Sequence record: SRR20825019_669
Strand: one strand, 5' to 3'
Length of the DNA: 64,000 nt
Below are positions 39,090 through 48,013 of this stretch, in pieces. Numbering within the stretch: position 1 is the first letter of the stretch; the number at the start of each line of letters is the position of its first letter. The translations under genes were made by a program, and so were the position numbers. Below the pieces are notes generated by a model, which made no database searches, was not told the origin of the DNA, and was given only the letters and a program-made list of their open reading frames with translations.

Positions 39090-39917
39090 ATGGCTATTCA
39101 AAACTCCATCAATACGAATCCGTCCGCATTCACTGCGCTTCGTACCCTGAACTCCATCAACCGTAATCTTGATACCACCCAGAACCGTGTGTCCACGGGC
39201 CTGAAGGTGGGCGGTGCTCTCGACAATGCTTCAACCTTTGCCATCGCGCAGGGTATCCGGGCGGAGTTGAGCGGTATTGACGCTGTTACGCAGGGGCTGA
39301 ATACGGCCAAAGGTATCGGTAGCGTTGCAATTGCCGGTGTGACCGGTATTTCCAATCTCCTGACCGATGTCCGCGGCAAGCTGACGGAACTGGCTAACGA
39401 AGGTATCACGTCTGCACAGCGCTCAATCTTGACGGAAGACTTTAACGCGTTGCTTTCGCAGGCAGGCAACTTCATTGCCAACGCATCCTTCAATGGTGTG
39501 AACCTGATTGAGTCTGGTGCGGGATCGGTCAATACGCTTTCGAACCTGGCCGGTGGTACTCTGTCGTTGACAGCACAAAGTGTTGTGAACACCCAGGTAG
39601 GAAGCCTTGCTGGTGTGACCATAACTACAGCAACCAACGCTCAAAGCGTGATTGCGAACCAGTATGCCAATCTGGAGTCCGTCGTGAATACGGCGCTGGG
39701 CTCTCTTGGCGCGGAAGTTCGTGCCCTCAATCTGCAGACGCAGTTCCTTGAGGAAATTCGCGACGCGACCGATGAAGGTCTCGGTAACCTGGTTGACGCT
39801 GATTTGGCTCGTGAATCTGCTCGGCTTACGTCTCTGCAGGTGCAGCAGCAGCTCTCCACACAGACCCTCGGGATCGCGAACCAGCGTCCGCAGTCTCTGT
39901 TGGGCCTGTTCCGTTAA
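39090..39917 (+). CDS. fliC: Flagellin 2 (275 aa, close paralogue of flagellin 1)
   Basis: Same motifs; about 30 differences from flagellin 1 by manual alignment. Confidence 0.95.
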   Translation: MAIQNSINTNPSAFTALRTLNSINRNLDTTQNRVSTGLKVGGALDNASTFAIAQGIRAELSGIDAVTQGLNTAKGIGSVAIAGVTGISNLLTDVRGKLTELANEGITSAQRSILTEDFNALLSQAGNFIANASFNGVNLIESGAGSVNTLSNLAGGTLSLTAQSVVNTQVGSLAGVTITTATNAQSVIANQYANLESVVNTALGSLGAEVRALNLQTQFLEEIRDATDEGLGNLVDADLARESARLTSLQVQQQLSTQTLGIANQRPQSLLGLFR

Positions 39918-39937
39918 ACGCGGATCAAACTTACTTG

Positions 39938-39971
39938 AAAATCGGGGGAAGAAATTCCCCCGATTTTTTTT
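39938..39971 (+). terminator. Intrinsic terminator after flagellin 2
   Basis: AAAATCGGGGGAA-GAAA-TTCCCCCGATTTTTTTT. Confidence 0.9.
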
Positions 39972-40131
39972 GTCCAAAATTTGCGGCGTTCCAGCCGCCC
40001 TTAATCTTATTTTACCTGAGATACCTTTATCATCTGCACTATATCGATGGGGATGTGATGAAGCGCATTTTCCGAATTGCCGATTTAGTGTTATTGGTAT
40101 GCGTCCAAGTCGGTTGCACGGGTTCCGTAGA

Positions 40132-40548
40132 ATGCCATTAAAAATCAATGTGAAGCCGGGAGAAAAGTTCGTCGTTAACGGCGCGGTCATGGTGGCCGGG
40201 AAAAAAGGCGCGTCTCTGGTTCTGCAAAACGAGGCGACAATCCTTCTCGGCAAAGACATCATGCAGGAAGAGGATGCGACGTCACCGGCAAAACGTATCT
40301 ACTTTACCATTTTGTTAATGTATCTGGATCATGATGATCCGGATCAATATCGTGGCATGTTCCTTGAACTTGTTGAGAGCTTTCTTGATGCGACAACTTT
40401 CAAGGAAGTGCGTATGACGCTTTTAAATCTTGTACAGGATGTGAATGAAAAGCGATTCTACAGAGCTTTGAAAACCTGTAAGGCCCTCATTACTTATGAG
40501 GCTGAAATTCTCAAGATTAGCGCGCCAGAAATGGCTGGGAGTAATTGA
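40132..40548 (+). CDS. flbT: Flagellin translational regulator FlbT
   Basis: MPLKINVKPGEKFVVNGAV, ATSPAKRIYF, YRALK.C.ALI.YE. Confidence 0.92.
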   Translation: MPLKINVKPGEKFVVNGAVMVAGKKGASLVLQNEATILLGKDIMQEEDATSPAKRIYFTILLMYLDHDDPDQYRGMFLELVESFLDATTFKEVRMTLLNLVQDVNEKRFYRALKTCKALITYEAEILKISAPEMAGSN

Positions 40549-40985
40549 TGTCCGGCATTGATGCCTATAAGAAGACAATCAATCAGACTGCGACGTCACG
40601 CGATACAGAATATCGTCTGCTGGCGCAGGTTACGTCTGAATTGATCAAGGCTATTGATAATAAAAAAGGTTCGTCTAACGACCCTTCCAAAATGGCCCAG
40701 GTCGCGTCGGCATTGAACTGGAACAAACAGGTCTGGGACGTCTTTGTTGAAGACTGCGGCACTGCTGGTAACCAGTTACCTCGTGATCTGCGCGCTGCAA
40801 TTGTGAGCCTGGGGATCTGGGTAACAAAAGAGACCGCAATTGCGCTTGAAGGCGAGGGGGATCTTGATTCCCTGGTCGCGGTAAACCGGGATATCATGAA
40901 AGGGCTTAAGCCCTCTCAGGCGCCAGACAGTCAGCCGGCGGCCAGGCCGGGCGGCTCTGTGAGCTCAATTCTGGACCAAGCCTGA
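40548..40985 (+). CDS. flaF: Flagellin regulator/chaperone FlaF (copy 1)
   Basis: AY...RDTEYRLL..VT, ALNWNKQVW, GNQLP..LRAAIVSL.IWV, VNRDIMKGL. Confidence 0.92.
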   Translation: MSGIDAYKKTINQTATSRDTEYRLLAQVTSELIKAIDNKKGSSNDPSKMAQVASALNWNKQVWDVFVEDCGTAGNQLPRDLRAAIVSLGIWVTKETAIALEGEGDLDSLVAVNRDIMKGLKPSQAPDSQPAARPGGSVSSILDQA

Positions 40986-41371
40986 AAGCGGGTCTTGATA
41001 GCATTTAACAGTTTTATGAGCGGTCGCTATGAAGGTGACTGTCTTTGTGCCAACTGTAGTTCTTAAAGCTACCTGAGCAGATTGCTGGTGCTCACTAAGC
41101 TGACGGATTTTTGCAGAGTCTCTGTAAATGTAAGAACCCGGACATATAACCGGTAGAGACAGAAAACATAATTCTCCTTTCCCTTCTTAAATTTTCTTGG
41201 CACTGCGATTTTCTATCGAGCCATTTTTTGCAGCGAAGATTCGTCCCATGTTTCTTTGTTTCCGAAATTCTTGGTAGGGCTCTCGGATCGTAGGACATGG
41301 CATTTCTATGCGTGAAGCAGGAAAGATATTTCTGAGCTTGGTTTCTTGAGGAAAATAGTGTCCGTGTGCAG

Positions 41372-41495
41372 CTGCAAAAAATGCCGATCAGACACTGTTT
41401 TAATGAAGAAGAAACAGCTCTCGCTTTTTTAAAATTTAAAAAATCATTTAAAATCAAATAATTATCGTTCCGTCTCTGGTTGGCCCGACTATTGC
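41372..41495 (+). promoter_or_regulatory. Sigma54 promoter of flagellin 3 with IHF site and upstream ftr-like enhancer
   Basis: CTGCAAAAAATGCCG 41372-41386; AATCAA-ATAA-TTA 41452-41464; TGGCCCGACTATTGC 41481-41495. Confidence 0.78.
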
Positions 41496-41614
41496 GACAT
41501 GGGGGCCAAGACAGTGGTTCGTCGCTGTTCCTGCCCGGCAAAAAAGACCTTGTCCAAGAAATGGACTTGGAGCTGAAGGGCGGAGGCGACGCGAAGAGAG
41601 AAGGAACACTGGTA

Positions 41615-42433
41615 ATGGTTAGCAACTCGATTCTGACGAACCCGGAGGCTCTGGTCGCGCTCCGCAACCTTGAGCGTACCAACTCCCTCTTGGCGCAGAC
41701 ACAGGACCGAGTCTCGACAGGTCTGAAGGTGACTGGCGCCGAGGACGATGCTTCGAACTTTGCCATCGCGCAGGGGATCCGGGGAGATTTGCGGGCTTTG
41801 AGTGCTATTCAGCAGGGGCTGAATAATACCAAGGGTATCGCTCAGGTGGCGCTTGCGGGCACAACCTCGATTTCGGATCTGCTCGCGGATGTCAGACAAA
41901 AACTAACGGAGCTCTCGAACGAAGGTATTACATCGCAGCAGCGCAGTATTCTTCAGGATGACTTCAACGAATTGATCTCCCAGGCGCGCAACTTCGTTGC
42001 CAATGCGGTTTTCAACGGTGTGAACGTTCTCGATACCTCGACTGCGGTGAATACGCTGTCGAACCTGAATAACGATACGATTACCCTGCGGGCACGTAAC
42101 CTGTTGACCGACATCAACTCGCTTGGTGGTGCTACCTTGGCGACAGCGACCAATGCGCAGAGCGTTTTGACCGAACAGTATTCAAACCTGGAATCAACGA
42201 TCAACATCGCTCTCGGTCAACTTGGTGCCGATACCCGGGCTCTGAACTTCCAGACTGAATTTCTGACCTCGGTCAGTGACGCGACGGAGGAAGGTCTCGG
42301 AAACATCGTCGATGCCGATCTTGCTCGCGAGTCAGCACAGCTTACTGCTCTGCAGGTACGTCAGCAGCTTGGTGTCCAGGTTCTCGGTGTGGCCAACAAT
42401 GCGCCGCAGGTCCTCCTGGGTCTGTTCCAGTAA
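41615..42433 (+). CDS. fliC: Flagellin 3 (272 aa, divergent paralogue)
   Basis: QDRVSTGLKV..DDASNFAI, VFNGVNVL, VDADLARESAQL; ATG after GAAGGAA. Confidence 0.94.
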   Translation: MVSNSILTNPEALVALRNLERTNSLLAQTQDRVSTGLKVTGAEDDASNFAIAQGIRGDLRALSAIQQGLNNTKGIAQVALAGTTSISDLLADVRQKLTELSNEGITSQQRSILQDDFNELISQARNFVANAVFNGVNVLDTSTAVNTLSNLNNDTITLRARNLLTDINSLGGATLATATNAQSVLTEQYSNLESTINIALGQLGADTRALNFQTEFLTSVSDATEEGLGNIVDADLARESAQLTALQVRQQLGVQVLGVANNAPQVLLGLFQ

Positions 42434-42466
42434 GTAACGGATCCATAGTTCTTGGAGGGCCGTAAA

Positions 42467-42841
42467 ATGCGTCAGGGTTATGCCGCATATTCGAATGTTC
42501 AGACCAAGACCGAAAGTCATCAGCAGATTGAGTATCGGTTGCTCGGGCAGGTGACGGCTGCGTTGCGGAAGGCACAGGAAGACACTGCTCCGTTGCAGGA
42601 TAAGTTGAATGCAGCCTTATGGAATGGAAAGGTCTGGAATGCTTTCCTCTGTGATCTCTCTGAGCCGGGAAACCACCTGCCTGATCAGTTGAAGAAAAGT
42701 CTGATTCAGCTTGCCCACTGGGTTGCTCACGAAACGAAACTTGTCCTTGATGGCAAGGCGGAGCTCACGGCGATGATCAACGTGAACCGCCAGATCATGG
42801 AAGGTCTCCAGGACCAGTTCCGTCTTGCTGAAGCCAGTTAA
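42467..42841 (+). CDS. flaF: FlaF-like protein (copy 2)
   Basis: AY...IEYRLLGQVT, ALWNGKVW, GNHLPDQLK.SLI.LA.WV, VNRQIMEGL. Confidence 0.85.
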   Translation: MRQGYAAYSNVQTKTESHQQIEYRLLGQVTAALRKAQEDTAPLQDKLNAALWNGKVWNAFLCDLSEPGNHLPDQLKKSLIQLAHWVAHETKLVLDGKAELTAMINVNRQIMEGLQDQFRLAEAS

Positions 42842-44583
42842 TGGCCCCTCTCAGCCCCTAAAATCCTGACCAGATGTGGAACTGCCTCGTCAATCAGGGC
42901 TGGCCAAGCACGGTCACCTGTTTTCACCAGACTGCACTCAGTTGGAAACCAGGGGTCTGCCCCAGCGCCGAAGAAAATAGCGCCACACTGGGAATGCAGG
43001 CCAATCGATGGTGTTCCCACGGCTCCTGCCATCATCAGAACGGATATGTTTGGTGATATGACCAGATCAAGGGCGGCAATAATTGCCGCTACCCGATCGA
43101 GTTCGTCTTTCTGATCAATGCCCGGCGGGATGTCGAGCTGCAGATCTGTTAACGTCTGGATAGTCGTGATCTCGGACGCTGAAACATCGTACTGAAGACA
43201 GACGGGGAGGAAATCAGCCGCCTTGAAAAATGGGGCGATATCCGCAAGTTCCGGGTAATTATGCCGCGCTCCAGCCCTTCGCATCCCGCTTCGCCAACTG
43301 AAGCCGACCGCAGGCCGCTCTCCATGTGCACGGAAACTGTCTTTCCAGCGCCTGACCTCGCTGATGTCAGGCTTCAGATAACCGGTATGCGAAGGAAAGC
43401 TTTGGAGGGAAGGGCGGACAAATGATTGCATGTCGGCAAGCATCATATACTGGCCAATGCCCTGTGCTTCGATAAGCGGAGCATATTGAGCTGTTGACGG
43501 GACGGTTTCTGACCGTTGGATTTTTTCGATCACGGTTACGTCTGGAAAAGACCGTGCGAAGAGGGGAAGCAGGCGTTTGTCTGATTCCAGAAAAACAGGG
43601 CCGTTGAAGCGTTTCTGTATGTCAGGGATGCAGGATACGAAACGGAGCTCGTCACCGATGCCTTGCTCATGACAGACCAGTAAGCCTGCTCCGTCCCTAC
43701 AGGGGGCGCCGTCCCATTCCTTTGGCAGGCCTTGCCGTACAATCAGAATTTCAGGTTTCAGGTGGCGCCAGAAGTTACGGGCGTGCCCGCGTTCAATTTC
43801 GCCGGCGCTTAACAAGGCATCCGTCAGGCCGTGCTGCAATCCTATATTTTCTGGCTCGATCAGGCATGCTCGCGAGGCGTTTCGGACAGCATCCTGCATA
43901 CGTCCGATCCTGCGCTCAGCCAGTTGCAGGTTGTTGAGTGCCTGTGGTGAGCTGGGAGCAAGGAGCAGGGATTTTCGGTAGGACAAAACTGCCTGGCTTG
44001 CCTTGTAGGCATCAAGCAGAGCCCTGGCTTCCTGAAAAAAATACTCCGGGGTTAGCGCTGATGTCTTGGCGAAGGAGTGCAGGGCCTCAAGCGCTTCCTC
44101 TGGTCGTTCCAGATCATTGAGGGTTGCAATGTAAGACATTTTCCAGCCCTCTTCGTTGGGGCAGAGAGTCATTGCTTTTTCAAGTGATTGAAGAGCGGCG
44201 GCAGGATTACCGTCGAGCCGCTCCGTTTCTGCGATGTTTCGCCAGGCTTCAGGGTGATCCGGTGTTATTGCCAATGCGTGCCGCAACTGGCGGTGTGCAC
44301 CTTCCGGATGATGTTCAGCCAAGAAAATACAGGCGAATCGATTGATGCAATTGGCATCATTAGGAATGAGCAGAAGTGCGCGCCTGAAGCAATCAGTGGC
44401 TTTTACCGTATCGCCAACCTGGAACAGTGCCAGCCCGTAAAAATGCCAAAACTGGCCTAAATGCTGCAATTGAGACGCGACGGACGTATAAATCTGCAAT
44501 GCTTCTGGAATCCGCCCCGCGCTATGTTTGGCGAGTGCGTCCTGAAGCGTCTGGATCGCAGCTGATTGGGATTGAATAGGCAT
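42838..44583 (-). CDS. TPR + GT-B glycosyltransferase, FlmG/FlbA-like (copy 2)
   Basis: Long TPR region, then EQGIGDELRF, RLLPLFARSFP, VGFSWRSG, CLQY, DLVIS; start 44583 or 44598. Confidence 0.75.
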   Translation of the reverse strand: MPIQSQSAAIQTLQDALAKHSAGRIPEALQIYTSVASQLQHLGQFWHFYGLALFQVGDTVKATDCFRRALLLIPNDANCINRFACIFLAEHHPEGAHRQLRHALAITPDHPEAWRNIAETERLDGNPAAALQSLEKAMTLCPNEEGWKMSYIATLNDLERPEEALEALHSFAKTSALTPEYFFQEARALLDAYKASQAVLSYRKSLLLAPSSPQALNNLQLAERRIGRMQDAVRNASRACLIEPENIGLQHGLTDALLSAGEIERGHARNFWRHLKPEILIVRQGLPKEWDGAPCRDGAGLLVCHEQGIGDELRFVSCIPDIQKRFNGPVFLESDKRLLPLFARSFPDVTVIEKIQRSETVPSTAQYAPLIEAQGIGQYMMLADMQSFVRPSLQSFPSHTGYLKPDISEVRRWKDSFRAHGERPAVGFSWRSGMRRAGARHNYPELADIAPFFKAADFLPVCLQYDVSASEITTIQTLTDLQLDIPPGIDQKDELDRVAAIIAALDLVISPNISVLMMAGAVGTPSIGLHSQCGAIFFGAGADPWFPTECSLVKTGDRAWPALIDEAVPHLVRILGAERGH

Positions 44584-44648
44584 TTGCCGATGCTGCACTA
44601 ACGCCGACGCATCGGAAAGCCTTTCTGGAAATTCTTAAAAATCAAAAC

Positions 44649-44663
44649 TGGCCCGGTTATTGC
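44649..44663 (+). promoter_or_regulatory. Sigma54 promoter of flgK-flgL
   Basis: TGGCCCGGTTATTGC (GG-N10-GC). Confidence 0.8.
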
Positions 44664-44715
44664 TTTCGTAGTTATGAGGCACTTTGCCTATGAGACTTCG
44701 GAGGTGATAGCCACC

Positions 44716-46188
44716 ATGTCAATTAACAGCGCTCTAATCGCGGCAACATCCGGCCTGTCGGCAGCTCAGGCACGTATCGATGTGGTGTCCCAAAACGTGG
44801 CGAATGCCGCGAACCCGACATACACACGGAAATCGCAGGAGCTGCAGACCCGGATTATCGGTGGTCAGGCGCAGGGTGTTGACCTCGGTGTGGTAGTGCG
44901 CTCCGTCAATGAAGGTCTACAGAAAGATATCCGTTCCCAGACAGCGACCGTTTCCGAGCTGACGGTTCTGGACACATATCTTGAGCGTATGGTCGAGTCT
45001 TTCGGTCGGCCGGGCGATGATGATTCGATCTCCGCGAAGATCACGGACCTGAAGGAAAAACTTCAGGCCCTGTCGATTGCTCCGGAGCTTGGAGCGAACC
45101 AGGCTGAAGTCCTGCGTGCGGCGGAAAGTGTTGCGGCCGAATTCCAGGAACTCTCGCGGACCATCAGCAATCTTCGAAAAGAAGCGGACCGGCAGATCGC
45201 GGATACCGTTGATCTGGCTAATACGGCGCTGGAAAATATCGACACGCTCAATGATTCAATTGCCACGCGTAAGACCCAGGGGCTGACGACCGCCGACCTT
45301 GAGGATAGCCGTGATCAGTTTGTTGAAGAGCTGTCGCAATATATGAACATCAATGTGATCGAGCGCTCGAATGGCGAGTTGACCATTTTGACCGGCGATA
45401 GCCGCTTGCTGCTTGACGATACGATGTTCCCGCTGACATTCGTTGAAACCTCCCTTTTTACGGCGACGACTGCTGGTCAGCCTTTGCAGCTTGAGGACGG
45501 TCTTCCCGGTACCGCTACGAACCCGGATATTTCTGCCGAGGTGTCGGGAAAGGATGGTGAGCTGGCCGGGCTTCTAAGGGTGCGCGATACGATCCTGGTT
45601 GAAGCTCAGGATCAGCTGGATACTCTGGCGCACGAGCTGGCGAACGATCTGGATACCTTCACAATCAACGGTACGACCGCGGTGGTTAATCTGTTCGTTG
45701 ATGGTGGTGGTGCGGTTCCCGCGGATGCGCTGGGCAGCGAACAAGGGTTTGCTGAGGTGATCCAGGTCAATGCCCTGGTGACCGGGACGCCTTCAATCCT
45801 GGTGACCGGTGATACCGGAAACGGAGCAAATACATATGTTGCCATCGGCTCCGGTGACCATCGTGTCGCAAATGCCATGCTTGATGTGTTTCAGGATACC
45901 CAGACTTTCGTTGCCGGCTTCGGGCTGACCGCGAATAACAGTATTGAAGGTTTTGCCGCCGAACTGGTCGGCTTCCAGGCTAACCAGCATGCGACCTTTG
46001 AAAGCCAGCTTACGTTTGAAACCAATTTCCGGGACACCCTGATACAGACCTATCGGGACGAAAGCGGCGTGAACACGGATGAAGAGCTTGCCAAGCTGAT
46101 CGAACTGGAAGCCGCTTTCGCAGCCTCCGCGCGTGTCTTGCAGACTGTCCAGCAGTCGCTTGACGAACTTGTTAACATTATTCGTTAG
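44716..46188 (+). CDS. flgK: Hook-associated protein FlgK
   Basis: SQNVANAANPTYTRK, LEDSRD, SGVNTDEELAKL...AASARV; ATG after GGAGGTG. Confidence 0.93.
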   Translation: MSINSALIAATSGLSAAQARIDVVSQNVANAANPTYTRKSQELQTRIIGGQAQGVDLGVVVRSVNEGLQKDIRSQTATVSELTVLDTYLERMVESFGRPGDDDSISAKITDLKEKLQALSIAPELGANQAEVLRAAESVAAEFQELSRTISNLRKEADRQIADTVDLANTALENIDTLNDSIATRKTQGLTTADLEDSRDQFVEELSQYMNINVIERSNGELTILTGDSRLLLDDTMFPLTFVETSLFTATTAGQPLQLEDGLPGTATNPDISAEVSGKDGELAGLLRVRDTILVEAQDQLDTLAHELANDLDTFTINGTTAVVNLFVDGGGAVPADALGSEQGFAEVIQVNALVTGTPSILVTGDTGNGANTYVAIGSGDHRVANAMLDVFQDTQTFVAGFGLTANNSIEGFAAELVGFQANQHATFESQLTFETNFRDTLIQTYRDESGVNTDEELAKLIELEAAFAASARVLQTVQQSLDELVNIIR

Positions 46189-46202
46189 GAAGGAGTGAGA
46201 CG

Positions 46203-47207
46203 ATGCGTGTCGCCACCCTGACAATGTCATTGCGGGCACAGAACACAGTTCTGAATCTTCAGGATCAGTTTTCACGTGCGCAGCAGCAGGTTTCCACCGG
46301 GAAGATTTCCCAGATTTACAGCGGGCTGAGAGGCGACGACGCGCGGGTTTCGATCCAGTTGCGCGAGGAGATCCAGACCAAGGAGACCTACGTCACCACC
46401 ATTGAGCAGGTGCGAACACGTACCAAGATCATGGAAGCGGCGCTGACCGGTATCCAGGATCTTGCGGAGCAAATGCGGGTTGAACTGATCAACCAGCAGG
46501 AAGGCAAGTTCGATGACACCGCGCCGGTGTTGAAGCAATTTGCGGATTCCGCCATCGATCAGCTTGTGAGCCTTCTGAACACGCAGTCAGAGGGGCGGTA
46601 TCTCTTCAATGGAACGGATGTCTCGACGGCGCCTGTGGATAATGCCGCAGCGTTGAAAACGGCAGCGTATGCAGCGATACCGGCGCTTGCTGTTGGTAAC
46701 TCCGCGGCGGTGATCGGCGCGTCGGCCACCCAGTTCGGTACTGATGCAAACTGGAACAATGTTGCCGGGCTTGTCCCGGGGCAGACCAAGCCGTTTGCAT
46801 TCGATGCGGCGGAAGGTGTGCGCCTGGAGTTTGGTGAACTCGCCAACGACGATTCAACCTTCGAGGAGCTTTTCGAAGTATTCGCCACTTTTGCCGATGT
46901 CGATTTTGCCGCCGGCCTTGATAATGACTACCGTGATCTGGTCAACGATGGTTTGACTCGGGTTGAGGCTGCTGCGGATGAGATTGGCCTGATGATTGCG
47001 TCGCTGGGCACGACCCAGGCGCGCATGACGGATATTGAATCCCAACACAAGGACGATAACACATTGCTGTCGAATCAACTCGATGGTGTTGAGAATGTGG
47101 ATCCTTTTGAGGCTGCAGCAGAGTTTCAGCTGCTTCAGGGGCAGCTTCAGGCGGCCTACCAGACGACGGCGTCCTTGCGTCAGCTATCCCTTGCTAATTA
47201 CATCTAA
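46203..47207 (+). CDS. flgL: Hook-associated protein FlgL
   Basis: QVSTGK, LNT..EGRYLFNG, LQAAYQTTASLRQLSLANYI; follows flgK. Confidence 0.9.
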   Translation: MRVATLTMSLRAQNTVLNLQDQFSRAQQQVSTGKISQIYSGLRGDDARVSIQLREEIQTKETYVTTIEQVRTRTKIMEAALTGIQDLAEQMRVELINQQEGKFDDTAPVLKQFADSAIDQLVSLLNTQSEGRYLFNGTDVSTAPVDNAAALKTAAYAAIPALAVGNSAAVIGASATQFGTDANWNNVAGLVPGQTKPFAFDAAEGVRLEFGELANDDSTFEELFEVFATFADVDFAAGLDNDYRDLVNDGLTRVEAAADEIGLMIASLGTTQARMTDIESQHKDDNTLLSNQLDGVENVDPFEAAAEFQLLQGQLQAAYQTTASLRQLSLANYI

Positions 47208-47412
47208 AGTCGACGGGGGCATTTGACGCCTGACGCGGCCTTCTTAAGGCGCTGAAGTAAAGTAACTTCGATGATTCCGCTGTAATGCCGCGAATTTTGT
47301 CTAAATTGTTCTCTAATGTGTGAAGGACTCGACATTCTTTCTGTCGAGTGCTATATACATTTAAAGTTGCCGACAAAAAGGCAGGTTCGTTCACTCCAGA
47401 ATGGAGATGGTC

Positions 47413-47811
47413 ATGGTCGAAATCCTCTCCGGGGCGACCGCCGCACAATCAGTTGCGAAAACCGTCCCGTTGCCGCCGCTTCAAGCGCCGGGCGCCAACG
47501 CTGCCACTGTTTCCAAGAATGTTTCCTCCGATTTTTATCTGAGTCCGGTGATTCGGTTTGATCCGGAATCCCTTCGTGTGATTTTTGAGCTTCGCGACAG
47601 CCAGTCGGGTGAAGTGACGAAGCAATTCCCGCCCGAGAGTGTTGTGAGAGAGCATCAGAAAAGTGCTGATCTTGCGCAAGAGCCTGCGGAAACTTCACGT
47701 CAGACTTCAGACGTCGGCACATCTTCCGATGCGAGCGCCGTTCCTACTCAGGAAACTGGCGAGTCGCCTCTGAATACAGGCACAGAGCAGGAAGTTGATG
47801 TTCTGATCTGA
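47413..47811 (+). CDS. FlaG-like protein
   Basis: SPVIRFDPESLRVIFELRDSQSGEVTKQFPPESVV resembles the FlaG core; ATG after GGAG. Confidence 0.6.
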   Translation: MVEILSGATAAQSVAKTVPLPPLQAPGANAATVSKNVSSDFYLSPVIRFDPESLRVIFELRDSQSGEVTKQFPPESVVREHQKSADLAQEPAETSRQTSDVGTSSDASAVPTQETGESPLNTGTEQEVDVLI

Positions 47812-48013
47812 TTGGATCGCAGGCTTGCGTAATCGGTGTGACCGGCTTTGATAAAGGACAAAAGGGCGAGGACACTGGGTCTGGCGCCCTTTATTCATGT
47901 TCAGGCAATAATTTTGAGTGGATGTAAGGTGGTTGCCAGGGGCGAACGTTTCCGGAAATTCCCCTACAGTTCCAACTATGCTAGGAACACAGTGTGTGGG
48001 TTTGAGTGTTTCG

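Noticed and set aside
39706..40131. Long N-terminal extension of FlbT in the ORF track
   Set aside because: Overlaps flagellin 2 and its terminator; the FlbT family start MPLKI is at 40132
41038..41053. Minus-strand TGGCAC antisense to flaF as a sigma54 promoter
   Set aside because: The -12 position is GT, not GC; also TGGCAC at 41198 lacks a -12 element
41553..41571. Hairpin TCCAAG-AAATGGA-CTTGGA with a GGA loop as a CsrA site
   Set aside because: No csrA in the window, CsrA is uncommon in this class, and an alternative fold is equally plausible
41480..41614. 45-aa N-terminal extension of flagellin 3 (also extensions on fliK and flgI)
   Set aside because: These starts lie within or upstream of the sigma54 promoters; downstream ATGs have RBSs and are more plausible
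41095..41766. 223-aa minus-strand ORF across the flagellin 3 promoter
   Set aside because: Antisense to flagellin 3 and its promoter; only the last 24 codons have an RBS (reported separately)
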